DNA of 64,000 nt from Antedon mediterranea (Eukaryota > Animalia > Echinodermata): the NCBI RefSeq assembly GCF_964355755.1, contig NC_092675.1, positions 14,356,912-14,420,911 of the forward strand. The letters run 5' to 3'. Numbering within the stretch: the first letter of the stretch is position 1; the number at the start of each line of letters is the position of its first letter. The position numbers and the translations under genes were made by a program. Below, piece by piece: positions 13,719-27,087 of the stretch. The notes beneath the pieces were generated by a model. That model was given only the letters and a program-made list of their open reading frames with translations, did not search any database and was not told the DNA's origin.

Positions 13719-14420
13719 TGTCAGGACGGAAAAGAACTAACAAGAGGTAAAAAAATACGGCACCAAAAAAAAGAACCGTGCCAGTACGTACCTGAATTTG
13801 ACATAAATAAGAATTAAAAGACATGAGGCATATCGTCGAAACCCTGGTAACTTCTGTGGTTGAGATTAATGTCGGTAAGCCGAACCTACCGGCAGCTCTC
13901 TTCCTCAAACCCCCTACCTTGTCAAAAACTTAAAGAGAAAATAATCTCCCACAAATTCATCGAGCTGCACAATCTGCTCGACTTCAACAGCGCAGCGGAA
14001 GCTTTGACGCTAACGCTCACTGGTACCTTTGAACTTGTGCCTAAGCCCAAATGCCGCATCTTAAACGAACACAACTGGCACTAGGCCTTTCACGACTTTG
14101 CCACAATTTTATTTAAGTAAATATACGCAGGACATCTTAAATTATTTTAAGTATATTAAATACCTCATGCGCAGTCATCCAAATTAATGGTACTTTTACG
14201 ACTGATAATTTCGAATGGCTACTGAGTACACACTTTGCTCTTGGTCATCGGTTCGAGCCGACCTCCTGCATAAACTAGACGCAACGAGCTAACCATAAAC
14301 CTCTAACCCATCCAACCGTGGAGCGTCCACTCGGGTTCTCCTACCATAACAGATTCAATAGATGTGTCCAGACAAACTGTCAGTATCGCCACTCGTTTTT
14401 CAGTGCTCGGGATCCCAATA
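13719..14420 (+). pseudogene. Ngaro gag-like ORF remnant
   Basis: KLKEKIISHKFIELHNLL motif, followed by degenerate sequence just upstream of RT. It carries many disablements. Confidence 0.55.
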
Positions 14421-14439
14421 ATTCCCACTAGAATAAGCG

Positions 14440-15855
14440 CACTCCTATCTGGTTACAAACACCACGCTTACTTAACACAATGTTTCGCTCATGGCTTCTA
14501 CCTTACATGGGGCTGTTTTTACAGCAACTAACTCCCAAGCTATCATCAACAACCTTCCGGAAATTCCGTACCTGAAAAATGTCGTATCCTCCACAACCTC
14601 TCCTATCCCTACGACTCAAACGCTGTCAATCACAACATCCCTGGGTTTTGCATAACAGTTCATTACGAAACAATTGCCAACGCAATAGACATAATTGACA
14701 AACACAATCACCCGGCATTCATGGCTAAGACGGACACCAGTGACGCATACAGACTAATACATTTACATCCCACTCAATATCACCTCACAGGTTTCACGTG
14801 GTTAGGCCAGTATTACTACGATAAAACGCTTCCCCAAGGCGGCGGATCTTCGTGTCAAATATTCAATAAGTTTTTCTGACGGAGTGAAATTTTTCCTTAT
14901 AAAAAAGTTAAAACAGCCCAATAACGTGAAAATATTAGACGACATCCTCGTCATTGAAGACACACACCAACTGTGTGCGAACTCCTTGAAGATATCCAAG
15001 GCGCTCGCTGACCGCGGTGGCATACCTCTAGCACCGCACAAAACAATTTGACACACCACCACCATTTCCTTCCTGGGTATTGAACTTGATTTACAGAAAA
15101 TGTAAGACAGGCTTCTATCTGAGATAATAAAATTACGTTACTCCCTTTAAAGTTCAAAACTTCACTCAACTACATTGAGAGCCCTCCAATCTCTTTGAAA
15201 AGCTACAATTTGCTACCTGGGTTATACCCTCTGGACTGGCGTTCCTAAGAAGGCTTAATGCCCTAACGGCCGGTCTAACTAACCCCCCCCCCCCCCCCTC
15301 TTTTTCAACTATTCACCTTTCTGACTCAGCAAAGGAGGATCTCCAATTTTGGGCCGACTTTCTTAGCAAACACAATGGCGTTACCATTTTTCACCCCCAC
15401 AAAAATTTGACTCGCAGCGTTTACATTTCTCCTCTGATGCCTCAAAAACCGCACTTGGTGCGACCTTCCAAAAGTTCTCGATTCAAGGCCGCTGGCCGGA
15501 ATCTTGGAAAATGTTCGACATCATGGTTCTCGAAATTTACCCCATCTATGTCATGCTTTCGATTTTTGCAAAACAGCTAGCCAACACCCATGTAGTTTTC
15601 CACTGTGATAACCTAGCCGATGTATATGTGCTTAACAAAAAATCGTCATCAAACGAAAAGGTCATGAGAGTGGTTCGCGCTATCGTCCTTTTGTTACTAC
15701 TAAACAACATTCAGTTTACAGCCAGGCACATCCCTGGTAAGCAAAACAGGATATGTGAAGCTCTTTCTCGTTTTCAGGAAACGGAGGCCATGCTAGAAGA
15801 GCACAGTATGAACCGCACACCGCTAAAGATACCAAAGCACTTACAACCAATCTAA
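14440..15855 (+). pseudogene. Ngaro reverse transcriptase-RNase H remnant
   Basis: RT motifs: MAKTDTSDAYRLI..LPQGGGSSC..ILDDIL. RNase H motifs: SDAS..LEIYPI..FHCDN..HIPGKQNRICEALSR. Frameshifted. Confidence 0.88.
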
Positions 15856-15859
15856 TTCG

Positions 15860-18800
15860 AACCACTAAACAACTCAAGATCCTCACACGAGAGCTAATGT
15901 GGAACTCATTAAGCAAATGAACCGCTAGTAACTATAAAAGCAAATGGCACCATTTTAACCAATTCAGGACACAGCTGTTCCAGAAATATGAATTAAGTGC
16001 AGCGCCCCCAACGTTTCATAGCGTTTTATGGAGTAGCGATTCCGAAAACATATTGTATACAAACCACATGAGGAAACCCGGAAGCAATCAAGCATAAAAC
16101 GACTGTTTTTTAATAGCCAATAAAAACAAATAAAGACCGCGAAAGTCAGAAAAATAATGAATATTCATTAGAACAACCCTGGATGAAGGTGAAAAACATG
16201 TTGTCGTCGTTTTATCACGTGGATTTTAAGAGGTAATGTAATTGAAAATTGTACACCCAACGCCAGTTTTTTTCTCAAGCGATACATTTAAAAAAGTAGG
16301 TATAAATGTTGTTTTCCATATCAGTTTAAAAATAATTTTTTCTGTTGAATTCTTTGATTTAGTTGGATAATTTAGTTATCCTTGAATGTTTTAACAAGGA
16401 TCGTATTCATATTGCCTGGCTGGATTTTTTCCTATGCTAGCTTATAATAGGCTATGCCCAGGCTCCCTTGCGTGGTTAAAACCAGCTGTGTAAGACTAAT
16501 GGCTGTTTATTTTTAACACGTAAACATGTATATTCGGAGGGCCTGAGTGACAGTTGACCTGTTATAAAGCTGATTAATTACTTGTTCCTGGTCCTAATTA
16601 AAAATTAGGCCTAGTCTAGGCCTAAGCTTTTTTAATAATCATTCATATTGGGAGAGGAGTACAGAGTAGGCCAGGCTACAGGCCTAGCCTAGCTAGGCCT
16701 ATATTATATAATAGGCTAGGCTACATCATCAGCAGGTTAAAGGCTAGCAGCCTACCTAGCATGTCTTAGTCAAAGATCTGTAATATATTAATAGAAAGAA
16801 GCTATAGAGTACTGTGACATTAGATATTTAATCATAAATGCATATTTCTTTCATATTTGTATTGTATATTTATTATTTTGATATGCAATCACAATCTAAA
16901 TCAGTAAATAACATCAATTTCCGTTATCAATAAATAATTATTAATATATAAACCAAATTAAAATAAAATAACTGTTTATTTTTAACACGTAAACATGTCT
17001 ATTCGGGGGCCTGAGTGACAGTTGACCTGTTATAAAGCTGATTAATTACTTGTTCCTGATCCTAATTAAAAATTAGGCCTAGCCTAGGCCTAAGCTTTTT
17101 TAATAATCATTCATATTGGGAGAGAGGAGTACAGAGTAGGCCAGGTTACAGGCCTAGCTAGGCCTATACTATATAGGCTAGGCTACATCATCAGCAGGTT
17201 AAAGACTAGCAGCCTACCTAGCATGTCTTAGTCAAAGATCTGTAATATATTAATAGAAAGAAGCTATAGAGTACTGTGACATTAGATATTTAATTATAAA
17301 TGCATATTTCTTTCATATTTGTATTGTATTATATATGCAATCACAATCTAAATCACTAAATAACATCAATTTCCGTTATCAATCAATAATATATATAAAC
17401 CAAATTAAAATTAAATAGCTTCCAAAAAATTAAATTCAATTACAATTCATATACCATTTGTTAAATATTTTCAAAATCATTGTTCTAGCAATAACACAAA
17501 AAAAATACTACCATTCATACAGTATACTGTACATAATAATATGCAATACTGTAACAATTAACTGAGAAATAGCAAACTATTCCTCAACTTTTCTCCACTT
17601 AGTTACCGGCCTAGTTACTTCATGCTGGATCTCAGGTGAAATAAACGTCAGATGTGACTTCATGATTTCCCACAAAACTTTTTCCATGGTACTGCTGTCG
17701 AGGAATTTATTTTTTCTAAATACCTCGTCCATTTTTGTACATAGAGGTCCAGTTTCAAATCTCTTGGTTCATAGTAGTTCTCTATATAAAATATATAAAA
17801 GAAATATGGCATTAATTTTTATAGTATTTGCATGTTTTAGACATAATTTTAAAGGTGTATAATGTAGGACTGACCAAGCCTTTGACCTCTTGTTCTTTTA
17901 GATTTATTCTGTGGCCAGTCTCTGCAATCTTACTATGCTGTTTTGTCACAAGTGACATTGAGAGTTCATGTCTTAAATGCTCAAGATTCTCTTCTAAAGA
18001 CTGGATTTTAATCATTGTACTTTGTAGCATGTCAATGTGCTGCAGCTTCTGATTTTCTCTTTCTGCTAGATGATCACCTGAGATTAAACAATATTGGTCA
18101 ACCAAATAAATGTCAATCTGCATAAAAATGAGCATCAAAATTATTATATTTTAAAAATGTTAACAACTATTTCTTGTAGCAGATAATGATAATATATGGA
18201 TAATTCATAGGAAAATAAGTTCCAGCCAAAGGTTTGCTTTATTATGCATAAAAATAGGATAAACAATTTTGAAATTCTATGCTCAAAGGGACAATGTATA
18301 TTTAAAGAGCAACTTGACCAATTGAGTTATTATGTAATGTCAATGTAAAGTTGAAACAACATTTGAATTTACCAGTCAAGATGTCAGCATCCTGTCGCAT
18401 GTTGAATATTATAACATATTGACACCTGGAAAAATAGTTGATTGAGGAAATATTTAATAAAGAAAAGAGGTATATTTATAAATTACTGTAACAATTGTTT
18501 GTTTCGACAGTTATTTTATACTAACATTGTTCTTTAATAAATAATATGAAGTACAAACACACATTTCATTGTTTGGAGTGTGTATTAAACTTTCTAAAGA
18601 GGTGGTTATGATTATTTACCTACCTTGTTTAATTCAATGTCTACCAGGTATGGTCTAACAACGCTGTGCGATATTGTTTTGCTTCTTTTTGTTCACTGCC
18701 ATGGTCTACAAAAGACTTGTAGGCCTTGAGATATCTACAGGCTTGAGGAACATTGTTGGTTCTGATGTCATCTTGATTACAAAAACAATAGATGCAACTG

Positions 18801-20330
18801 TACTTTCCTTTAAAAATAAATCAATTTTTAAAAGTTTTGTGTCCAAACAAATCCAAACAAGAGAGCTAATAGCCAAAATATTAAACCATTATTATGCTGT
18901 AAAAATGTATTAATATTAAGGCCTAGCCCAGGCTGTGACTGTCACTCAGTCCCACCAGCTAGCCTAAAAATGCACCAGGAAAGCAATAATTATTATTATA
19001 AACACATGCCATTAATTATTTGGTAACAGTTATAATGATTACATTTAGGATTAGGGTAATTAAAGGTTTAACTATTACGAATTTTCTATGTTTCGGCCTA
19101 GCTTCATTCTAGGCCCACATTACTGTCACGGTCATCGCGGGCGTCAACGCACTTTCTAAGCCTATCGCCAAACCGTTTTCTCGCCGATAACAATAACAAT
19201 GTATAAAAGGGTTGCAACATATGCGAGTTTTACTAAAAACTGAACCAGGCTATATTAACAAAACTAGTATTATTTTGTTTATATAATAATGATGGACTAT
19301 ATTCTAGTTCGTTCTTTTTCTAAAAAAATGAATTATATCCAAAAAAAAAAGTAAAGAATACAATGATATTTTCTACTTACGATTGTTTACTATTTCATTA
19401 CACAGTTTATCTCAACTTCCTGGTTTATGTGCGGGAGAGTATTTCAGTAAAATGGACAATATCGTCGTTTATTTATTAATTTATAGTAAAGAAACAATAA
19501 AATATTTATTTCTTAATTGAACATACACTTTTTTTAATCGTTTTGTTTTGTATAAAATGTTTTTACTACATAAAAACTCACGATAGCGAAATTTAATTTG
19601 GCGTTCGCGAAATAATGGTTTGTAAACAAAAATTATATGTCCGCGCGACTCGGGGGAGCCTCGTCTGCTAACACTGAGGGCGCTTGACTTTTTCTGATAT
19701 CTTAACACTAGTTGAAACAGCTGTGAGGAAATCACTAAGCCTTCCGCTACCAGCGACTCCACAGACACTTGTTCTCTATGTAAGTAAGCTGACTAAAAAT
19801 GCACTGGCGATTTCCACGATTCGAAACTACATTAGCCCAGTGTCATTCTTGCACAGGGTATCATTTATGGAAGACCTTACCGCAAATCCAGCAGTCAGCA
19901 ATTTATGCAGAGGAGTAGCGAAACAAAAAACGAACTCTCCATCCAAACCGATCAGACCGCCGGTCACCTCCGACATTCTTGTAACGCTAATTGGACATAT
20001 GCGAGGTAGCATGAAATCCAAATACAAATTCATCCTATACAGAGCCTTGTTCATAATATGTTACTTCGCATGCCTCGGAGCCAGTGAAGCAGTAGTCTCC
20101 AAAGCCGCAGAACACACACTAATGCTATAAACAATTAGCTCGCCATGCTAGTCTGGAACATACACAGTTTAACACTCATTCTTTCAGAATCGGTCAAGCT
20201 ACCGACCTTCACCAACTTGGACACTCTCACCAAGACATTATGATTTTTGGACGATGGTCGAACCACATAACTTTTTCAAACACAGCGTTGTAAATATGGG
20301 TGCTGGCTGGTTGGCATATTTCCTAAGCAT
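15860..20330 (+). pseudogene. Ngaro tyrosine recombinase remnant, interrupted by a Chapaev element
   Basis: YKSKWHHFNQFR (to 15969) rejoins KSLSLPLPA..LYVSKL..STIRNYIS..RPPVT..YRALFIICYFACLGASE (from 19726). The catalytic LRxSE is mutated to LGASE. Confidence 0.85.
15970..19725 (-). mobile_element. Chapaev DNA transposon, internally deleted copy
   Basis: Termini are CACAGCTGTT...AACAGCTGTG, with the 4-bp TSD AGGA at 15966-15969 and 19726-19729. It is homologous to 57731-61390 with deletions, and has an internal tandem duplication at ~16500-17420. Confidence 0.88.
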
Positions 20331-20410
20331 GACTAAGCGTCAAGCTTAAACAAAGTTTGATACTTATTTTTTCTGTATATCGTTTTACTTATTTCATTTT
20401 GTTTTCTTTC

Positions 20411-20852
20411 GGTGACAGCATAGGTTGCACCGCCAATTATAATCATAATGTTCAATCGGAGTCAACACGTTGCTCCAGGTAGACTAATAAGTTATTTATA
20501 TGTTTTCGGTGTCAACATGGTTGCACCGTTTATTAAACTCAATTCTCAAACGCGTACTGGAGTCAACACATGTTGCCCCAGGCAGACTAATGTAGATTGT
20601 TTCTATACGTTTTTCGGTGCCAACATTTGGTTGCACTGCCTACCTAATTAAAATGTTTAAACATGTGGAGTCAACACATGTTGCTCCAGGTAGACTAATG
20701 TAGGTGTTTCTATACGTTTTTCGATGTCAATATTTGGTTGCTCCACCTATCAGGCGCTAATGGTCAACCGGGTACTGGAGTCAACACATGTTGCTCCAGG
20801 TAGACTATGTAGATAGTTTCTATACGTTCTGGGTGTCAACATATGTTGCACC
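20411..20852 (+). repeat. Array of nine bulged hairpins (~108-bp period) in the Ngaro 3' region
   Basis: GGTG-N-CAAC-loop-GTTG-CACC alternates with GGAG-T-CAAC-loop-GTTG-CTCC. Starts are at 20411, 20458, 20508, 20559, 20616, 20667, 20723, 20777 and 20832. Confidence 0.85.
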
Positions 20853-23114
20853 ATCATCTGAATGGCTTGTCATCGGTTCTACCTGCACTTAATTTGGGCT
20901 GCTTCGTTGGCCCCTTCGTTGCCAACTGTGTTGAGCATCCCAATGTTCCTTTTTTATGTTTTCCTTTTACGTGCATGCTGCAACGATGACTTGCCATTCA
21001 TATTAAATAACTTTACAACCAATACTTGTTTCCTTGTTTTTGTTTATCGGGCTCACATGTGTCAAAATCACGTGATTGCGGGGCACCCTCGCAATCATCT
21101 TTTGACAGCGTGAGCATCTCATCCTCTTCACCTCACGCTGTCAACAGATTACCACGCCAGTTTTTGGCTAAGTAAAATAATTTTCACTTCCCTCCCTCCA
21201 CTCCCTCTTTATTTTGTTTTCAATTACGATTTTGAGACATGTGTTTTGGCCCTTTCAGAGCATCCCAATGTTCCTTTTTTATGTTTTCCTTTTACGTGCA
21301 TGCTGCAACGATGACTTGCCATTCATATTAAATAACTTTACAACCAATACTTGTTTCCTTGTTTTTGTTTATCGGGCTCACATGTGTCAAAAAGTTCATT
21401 TACAGTTTTCGTTTCCGATCCTTTAACAATATTACGCCAGGTTATATCAATCTTTTGTACAAAACAGTTTGAGATCAAAAACTTAAATACAATCCATATG
21501 GGTTTAATCTTATTACATGAAAATAACAAATGTTTTTCATTTTCAATTTCACTATTACATCTTTCACATATGTCATTTATAGAAAGTTTCCAAATTTTTA
21601 ACTTACTTTTACATACGGTATCCCATGCAAAAGTGTAATTTTGAAATTCTATCTCCCATTTTTCTTGTGCTATAGGAGTTGATATTATATTTTCCACAAA
21701 TAAATTATAAAATAGTTTTGCATTAAGTTGTTTTGTATGAAGCCAAAAGCAATCGGTGTTTGTTTGATTATTTACATGTTCACCATTCAAAATAATTTCC
21801 TTCCATGATTGTGGTATGGCATTCATTAGCCCTATATATTCAATTAATCCATTTTGTTTCTGTGATAGTAATGGTAACACTTCATTCATTGGTAATAATA
21901 TATTCAAGTTCAAAAAACATTTATTTATTCAACAATGGCATTATACAATAATATAATTATAGGTGTGTACATAAGTGAAAACATAGTAATAAGCCATCAT
22001 TTGGGGTCTTCTCCTTAATTATGTCATTCATTGTTCTAAAGCCTGCATCAAGCCAAACTTTGAAATAGATTGACTTTCCATTTAACTGTATACATTTATG
22101 TTCCCACAATTGTTGGTTTTTAACATCTTCAATGTTTTGTGGGTCAGACCAGTTAAAGTTGTTAATATTAACTATAGCAATTAGCATTTCTCTATAGAAA
22201 ACAGGCAATAGTTTTAGATCAGAATGATCTTCATTGTTAATTTGAGTGATATTAACAGTATACTTAATAGGGTGCATAAAATAATTCGGTATACATTTCT
22301 ATTTTCCTGGATCTGGGCTAAGGAGTCGCTTAACCCAGTTTAACTAAAAATAAAATATAATTAAAGTTTTATCATAAATAAAATATAATAGTTAATTATA
22401 TCTCAACCGTTATAGTAATAGTAAATAACGATTATTTTATTTACCTGACGTTTCGCCAACTATTATATTTTATTTTGGAATACCAACCGAATGAATCTTT
22501 TTAATAAAGTTTTATCAATACTGCAAAATGCAGCCTTCTAATTCGCTAATAGTTGGTGTGCAGTCATGCGCGCAACTTCTTAATTTTATAGAATCTAACC
22601 AATGTTTAACCTACCTGTAAAAATTAACAATTAAAATAAAGTGTTTCCAATTAGGTATCCCAAGGAAGCGGATTTTCGTTGTCGCGATTTAAACACGTTC
22701 GTGAAAATTCAAAAAGTGACGTGTCTTTGAAGTTAAAAATATACTATTTCTTATGTACCCATGTGAATGTAAATTATAATATCTGGAAAGATCTTGTTTA
22801 AGGGTTTATTTATATATATTTTTAATCTATGTTTATTAGATATTTTAAAAGAAAACGTGAGTTGAAAAAGAAAAGCCGGCGAGCCGAAATCGGCGCGCTA
22901 AAAATAACTTTGGAAAACACCTACCCATTTTCAAAACACGATCGCTCGACGGCCATAATATGGTAATTATAGTGTAATTTTCTTTTTTACTTTTTACTCT
23001 TTATTTTGATGTGTAAATCGGTTATTATTGTTATAGTCCAGTAAAAATATGGTTGAACCTAGAATAAATTGCAACAGACATTTTTTTTGTTTTATCTGGT
23101 TGATATGGTCCAAA

Positions 23115-25580
23115 TAAACATCATATCCAAAGTTTACCAAAATCGGACATCGTGTCGGAAAGTGGATTAATTAGCATAAATTCAAAATGGCCGCCATTTG
23201 CTATTTTAAAGCCCCATATCTCCTTAACGGTTGGATTTAAACCCCCTAAATGCATTACGAGTAGATATAAATGTTCAAGTTCAAGTTCAAGTTCAAATTC
23301 AAATGTGATATTAAACATTCTAATTAGCATATTTAAATTCCCATATGACGTACCTATGACGTCATATGGTAGTTGTGACGTCATATATTGTGTTATAACT
23401 GCTTAAATGACATTATATTATGCGAACAATTTACAAACTGCAGGAAAACAAGTTTCTTAACATTCTACTTATTAAAATGAACATCATTTCCAAAGTTTAC
23501 CAAAATCGGACACCAGGAAGTGGGTAAATTAACATAAATTCAAAATTGCCGCTATTTACTCTACCATTTTCAAGCTCCGTATCTCCTTAACGGTTGGATT
23601 TAAACCACCTAAGTGCATTGCGAGTAGATATAAATGTGATATTGAACTTCCCAATTAGAACATTTAATTTACCATATGACGTAACTATGACTTCATAAGG
23701 TAGTTGTGACGTCATATATTATGTTATAACTGCTTAAATGACATTATCCTATACTAATAAATGTAGAAACTGCAGGAAAACAAAACATTTTTCTGTTGAA
23801 ATGAACATGATATCCATAGTTTACCAAAATTGAACTTCAAGAAGGGGGTTAATTAGCATAAATTTAAAATAGCCGCTATTTACTATACCATATTGAAGCC
23901 CCGTATCGCCTTAACGGTTAGCTTTAGACCACCTATGTGCATTACGAGTAGATATAAATGTGATATTAAAAGTTTAAATTAGCATTTAAATTATCATATG
24001 ACGTACCTATGACATCATATGGTAAATATGATGTCATAAAATGTCACAATACTGTTCAAATGACATATCCTATATGGAAAATGTAAAACACAATGAAATG
24101 TATCAGTAAGTATGATCCTTATTTACAAAATCTCATGCAAATATTAATTCTACAGATTCTACAGTTATAAAAGGTTGTGATCATTAACTGTAATTCCGCA
24201 ACTGATTTTTTTGTTTTGTTTCCTACAACTGCATCTTTTAGAACTTCATCTCTTTAAATAAAAAAATATTGTAACGAGGCCATTGTCTGTGGGTCAGGCT
24301 ATTCAAACCCATCCCACAAACTCATCTCAATTCCCCATCCAAAATTAATTGATAAATGTCATACTGCAGTTTTCGCAAAGTTGCTATTTCATTGCCAGAA
24401 ATTGGATCTGATTGGTGTCGATCATTTATGAGCCAACGACTTTTTATGACATAGTTTTATGACATCAGTTAAAGATAGGCCTACACTGCTTAACACATCA
24501 ACGGAATTTAAAAGGGGTTGTTAAGGTTAATACGGTATAAAGTAATAGTAAAGTAATCAAACTTGCCACTACTAATTACAGTATTTAATTTTTCGACAAC
24601 AATCAGTATTCAACTTCTTTGACAGAAAATGTCAGAAAAAATGAAATACAAACATTGAATGCAGATGGGGGATCTATTAAATCGTTTACTTTGCCTTCAT
24701 TAATAAAAAACGATTGCGTTTTAAGACAGAAGAAGCAAACAGTAGTGGAATAATCAGTAGTTAAAGAAAACGTTTGCAACATCTTTGTAACACTCTGCAC
24801 TTGTAAAGAAAGACAGGGTGAATTATATTCGAAGCAAGAACTGCTCAGTCCAACATTAACATGCTGTGCCTACATGTATAATGGAAGTATTAAACTATTA
24901 AATTTTCTATGTACGTATTTTGGATAGGAAACTCTGATCCAACTCCATATTTAGGATGGGGTCGAATTATTAAACCCCAGACTCATTACAGACTTAAGAA
25001 TCTCTTTTCTTTAAATATATATGAGATTGCAGTTGTAAATAGATGCAGTTGCAGAAAATTAACTGGAATGTTCTAGTGCATGTTGTGAAGGTAAGGGTGT
25101 TCGAATAACTTCAGATACCCATGATCTTAACCTGGATGTGTTAAATGTTTTACTACTACTTTCCTACGGTTTTTATATTTTTCTCTTAGAATAATAATGC
25201 CAATGGAGCATTATTGTGACATAATATGACGTCATAACTATCTTAAGACATCATAGGTCCATTATATGGTAATTTAAATATGCTAATCGGAAAGTTTAAT
25301 ATCACATTTAAATCTACTCGCAATGCACTTAAGTGGTCCAAAATCAACCGTTAAGGAGATACAGAGCTTCAAAATGGTAAAGTAAATAGCGGCCATTTTT
25401 AATTTATGCTAATTAAGCCACTTCCCAACGTCCGATTTTGAAAAACTTTTGAAATGAGGTTCATTTCAACAAGGAGAATGTTAAGAAACTTGTTTTCCTA
25501 CAGTTCCTAAACTTTTTACATAGTATAATGTCATTTAAGCAGATATATGATGTAACAACTACCATATGACGTCACAACTA
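23115..25580. repeat. ~330-360-bp repeat: three tandem copies (23115-24090) and one inverted copy (~25215-25580)
   Basis: Shared motifs include CCAAAGTTTACCAAAATCGGAC, CTCCTTAACGGTTGGATTT and CCATATGACGT. They are probably subterminal repeats of an unclassified TIR element. Confidence 0.75.
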
Positions 25581-25640
25581 GCAAAACACGCGACTTGTTC
25601 TTCATGCTACCAATGTCCGATACGACACAGTTGTAGTTGT

Positions 25641-25763
25641 ATGTTAACAAGCTTTTTCGAAAAACACAAGATGGTCTAAAATGTTTTCAAATACGATATT
25701 AAGCTATTTTGTGCACTTTGATGTTTTTGTGTGAAAAGTTTCATCGAAATGCTCAAAATGGTC
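25641..25763 (+). repeat. ~88-bp satellite, left flank of the Polinton
   Basis: Carries the GAAATGCTCAAAATGGTC unit and continues in register at 47006. Confidence 0.85.
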
Positions 25764-27087
25764 AGTAGAGATGTAGATAGTATAGTCAGTCGTGATTATA
25801 ACAATGGTTAACAATGGGGATAGTATAAGACAATAGAGTATGTCATTTCACTAGATTTGTTATATAGAATTGTTATATATTAATATACATTATAATATAA
25901 AATTATTAAATAATAAATAAAAAATATTTGGTTTGATTTAGTCGTTTGTGATGAGAACAAACGGTTTACAATGGTTGAAGTCAATAGGTGTTATGTTTCG
26001 GATATAATAATACAATGGTTAACATTGGGTAAGGAAGTAAAAGATTGTTGTAAGATTTGAATTAGTCATGTACTTGGCGGTATTTTGAAAATGGGTACAA
26101 TAAAATTTAAATGGTTTACGTTTTACATAAAGGATTCTTTGTTTCCTTTTAAAATAAACAAAAAAGGACTGTAAGACATTGGAGTTGTTATTTAATTTGA
26201 AAAATACAATAGTTAACAATGGTAAGGAAGTTAGACAATGTATATTTGAATTAGTGGAGGTAATTTAAATGAGGGTAAGTATGCTTATTGTAGTACATAT
26301 GCATTTGTTTGATTAATTCTAATAAATTTTAACAAATAGGAACATCGGCAATATAAACAAAAGGTGTATTATATAAGTTACAGTGGCGGTAATTTCAAAA
26401 GATTTAAACAAAAGGTATGTTAGTATAATTTACAGTGGCGGTTTTTTTAAAGTTATGTGTCGCGGTTCATCGGTTCCCACTTACAAAATTACGATTGTTT
26501 AAAACAGTTCCCGTAATTACAATATAATCTTTTGGAAAACGGTTTGATGATCTTGGATCGGACATTTTTTAAATTGAATGACATTGGGGAAGCTACTTAA
26601 TGAAATAAAAGATACACGGCGCTTCGACACAATGTTCCGACAGGATATACAACAATGACAATTGGCTGAAACAAATTTAGTAAATTCCGAATGTAATCCT
26701 TTGACTGTATATAACTCTCGAATATGTTGTCATCTTTACCTCATCCACAACGCTACAGCCTGACAGACATCATATTCAACCAAAAACCAACAACTAGTTA
26801 CTATGGGTTCCGTGATTGAAGTCATTGATCTTACTATGGACTCTGATGTCGAAGAAGAAGTTATAGATATAACCAATGATTCAGAATCTGAAGACGAAGA
26901 CATACTAGCTATGACTGGTGCCTATTTTACAGCAGAGGAGGAGGAAGAGATGAAGGATATGACGTGTTTACTGACGATTCAACCTCCACCTCCAATAAAC
27001 GTTGATTTAAATAATGTATCTATTATGTATACTGAAGAAGACGATCATTATAGATCGAGAATAATTTCTGAAGAGGAGAGGATTGTA

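Larger units (their letters stand above)
9734..21391 (+). mobile_element. Full-length Ngaro-type (DIRS order) tyrosine-recombinase retrotransposon
   Basis: Split direct repeats: A1 9734-9856, B1 20933-21066, A2 21067-21189, B2 21258-21391. Remnants of gag, RT, RNase H and YR occur in that order. There is no TSD. Confidence 0.92.
9509..22345 (-). pseudogene. L1/Tx1-like LINE ORF2 3' portion, split by the Ngaro element (pieces 22345-21392 and 9733-9509)
   Basis: The zinc knuckle CERCNSEIENEKHLLFSC is present. Reading KTVNELF (21392) continues as ISIFTFCIYK (9733) once the Ngaro element is removed. The element is 5'-truncated. Confidence 0.8.

Noticed and set aside
20411-20852. CRISPR array
   Set aside because: The context is a eukaryotic retrotransposon with no cas genes, the ~78-bp repeats are degenerate, and the linkers share partial similarity. 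It is reported as a hairpin array instead.
22345-22520. Penelope terminal-repeat remnant (GACGTTTCGCC)
   Set aside because: It is too short and rearranged to annotate with confidence.
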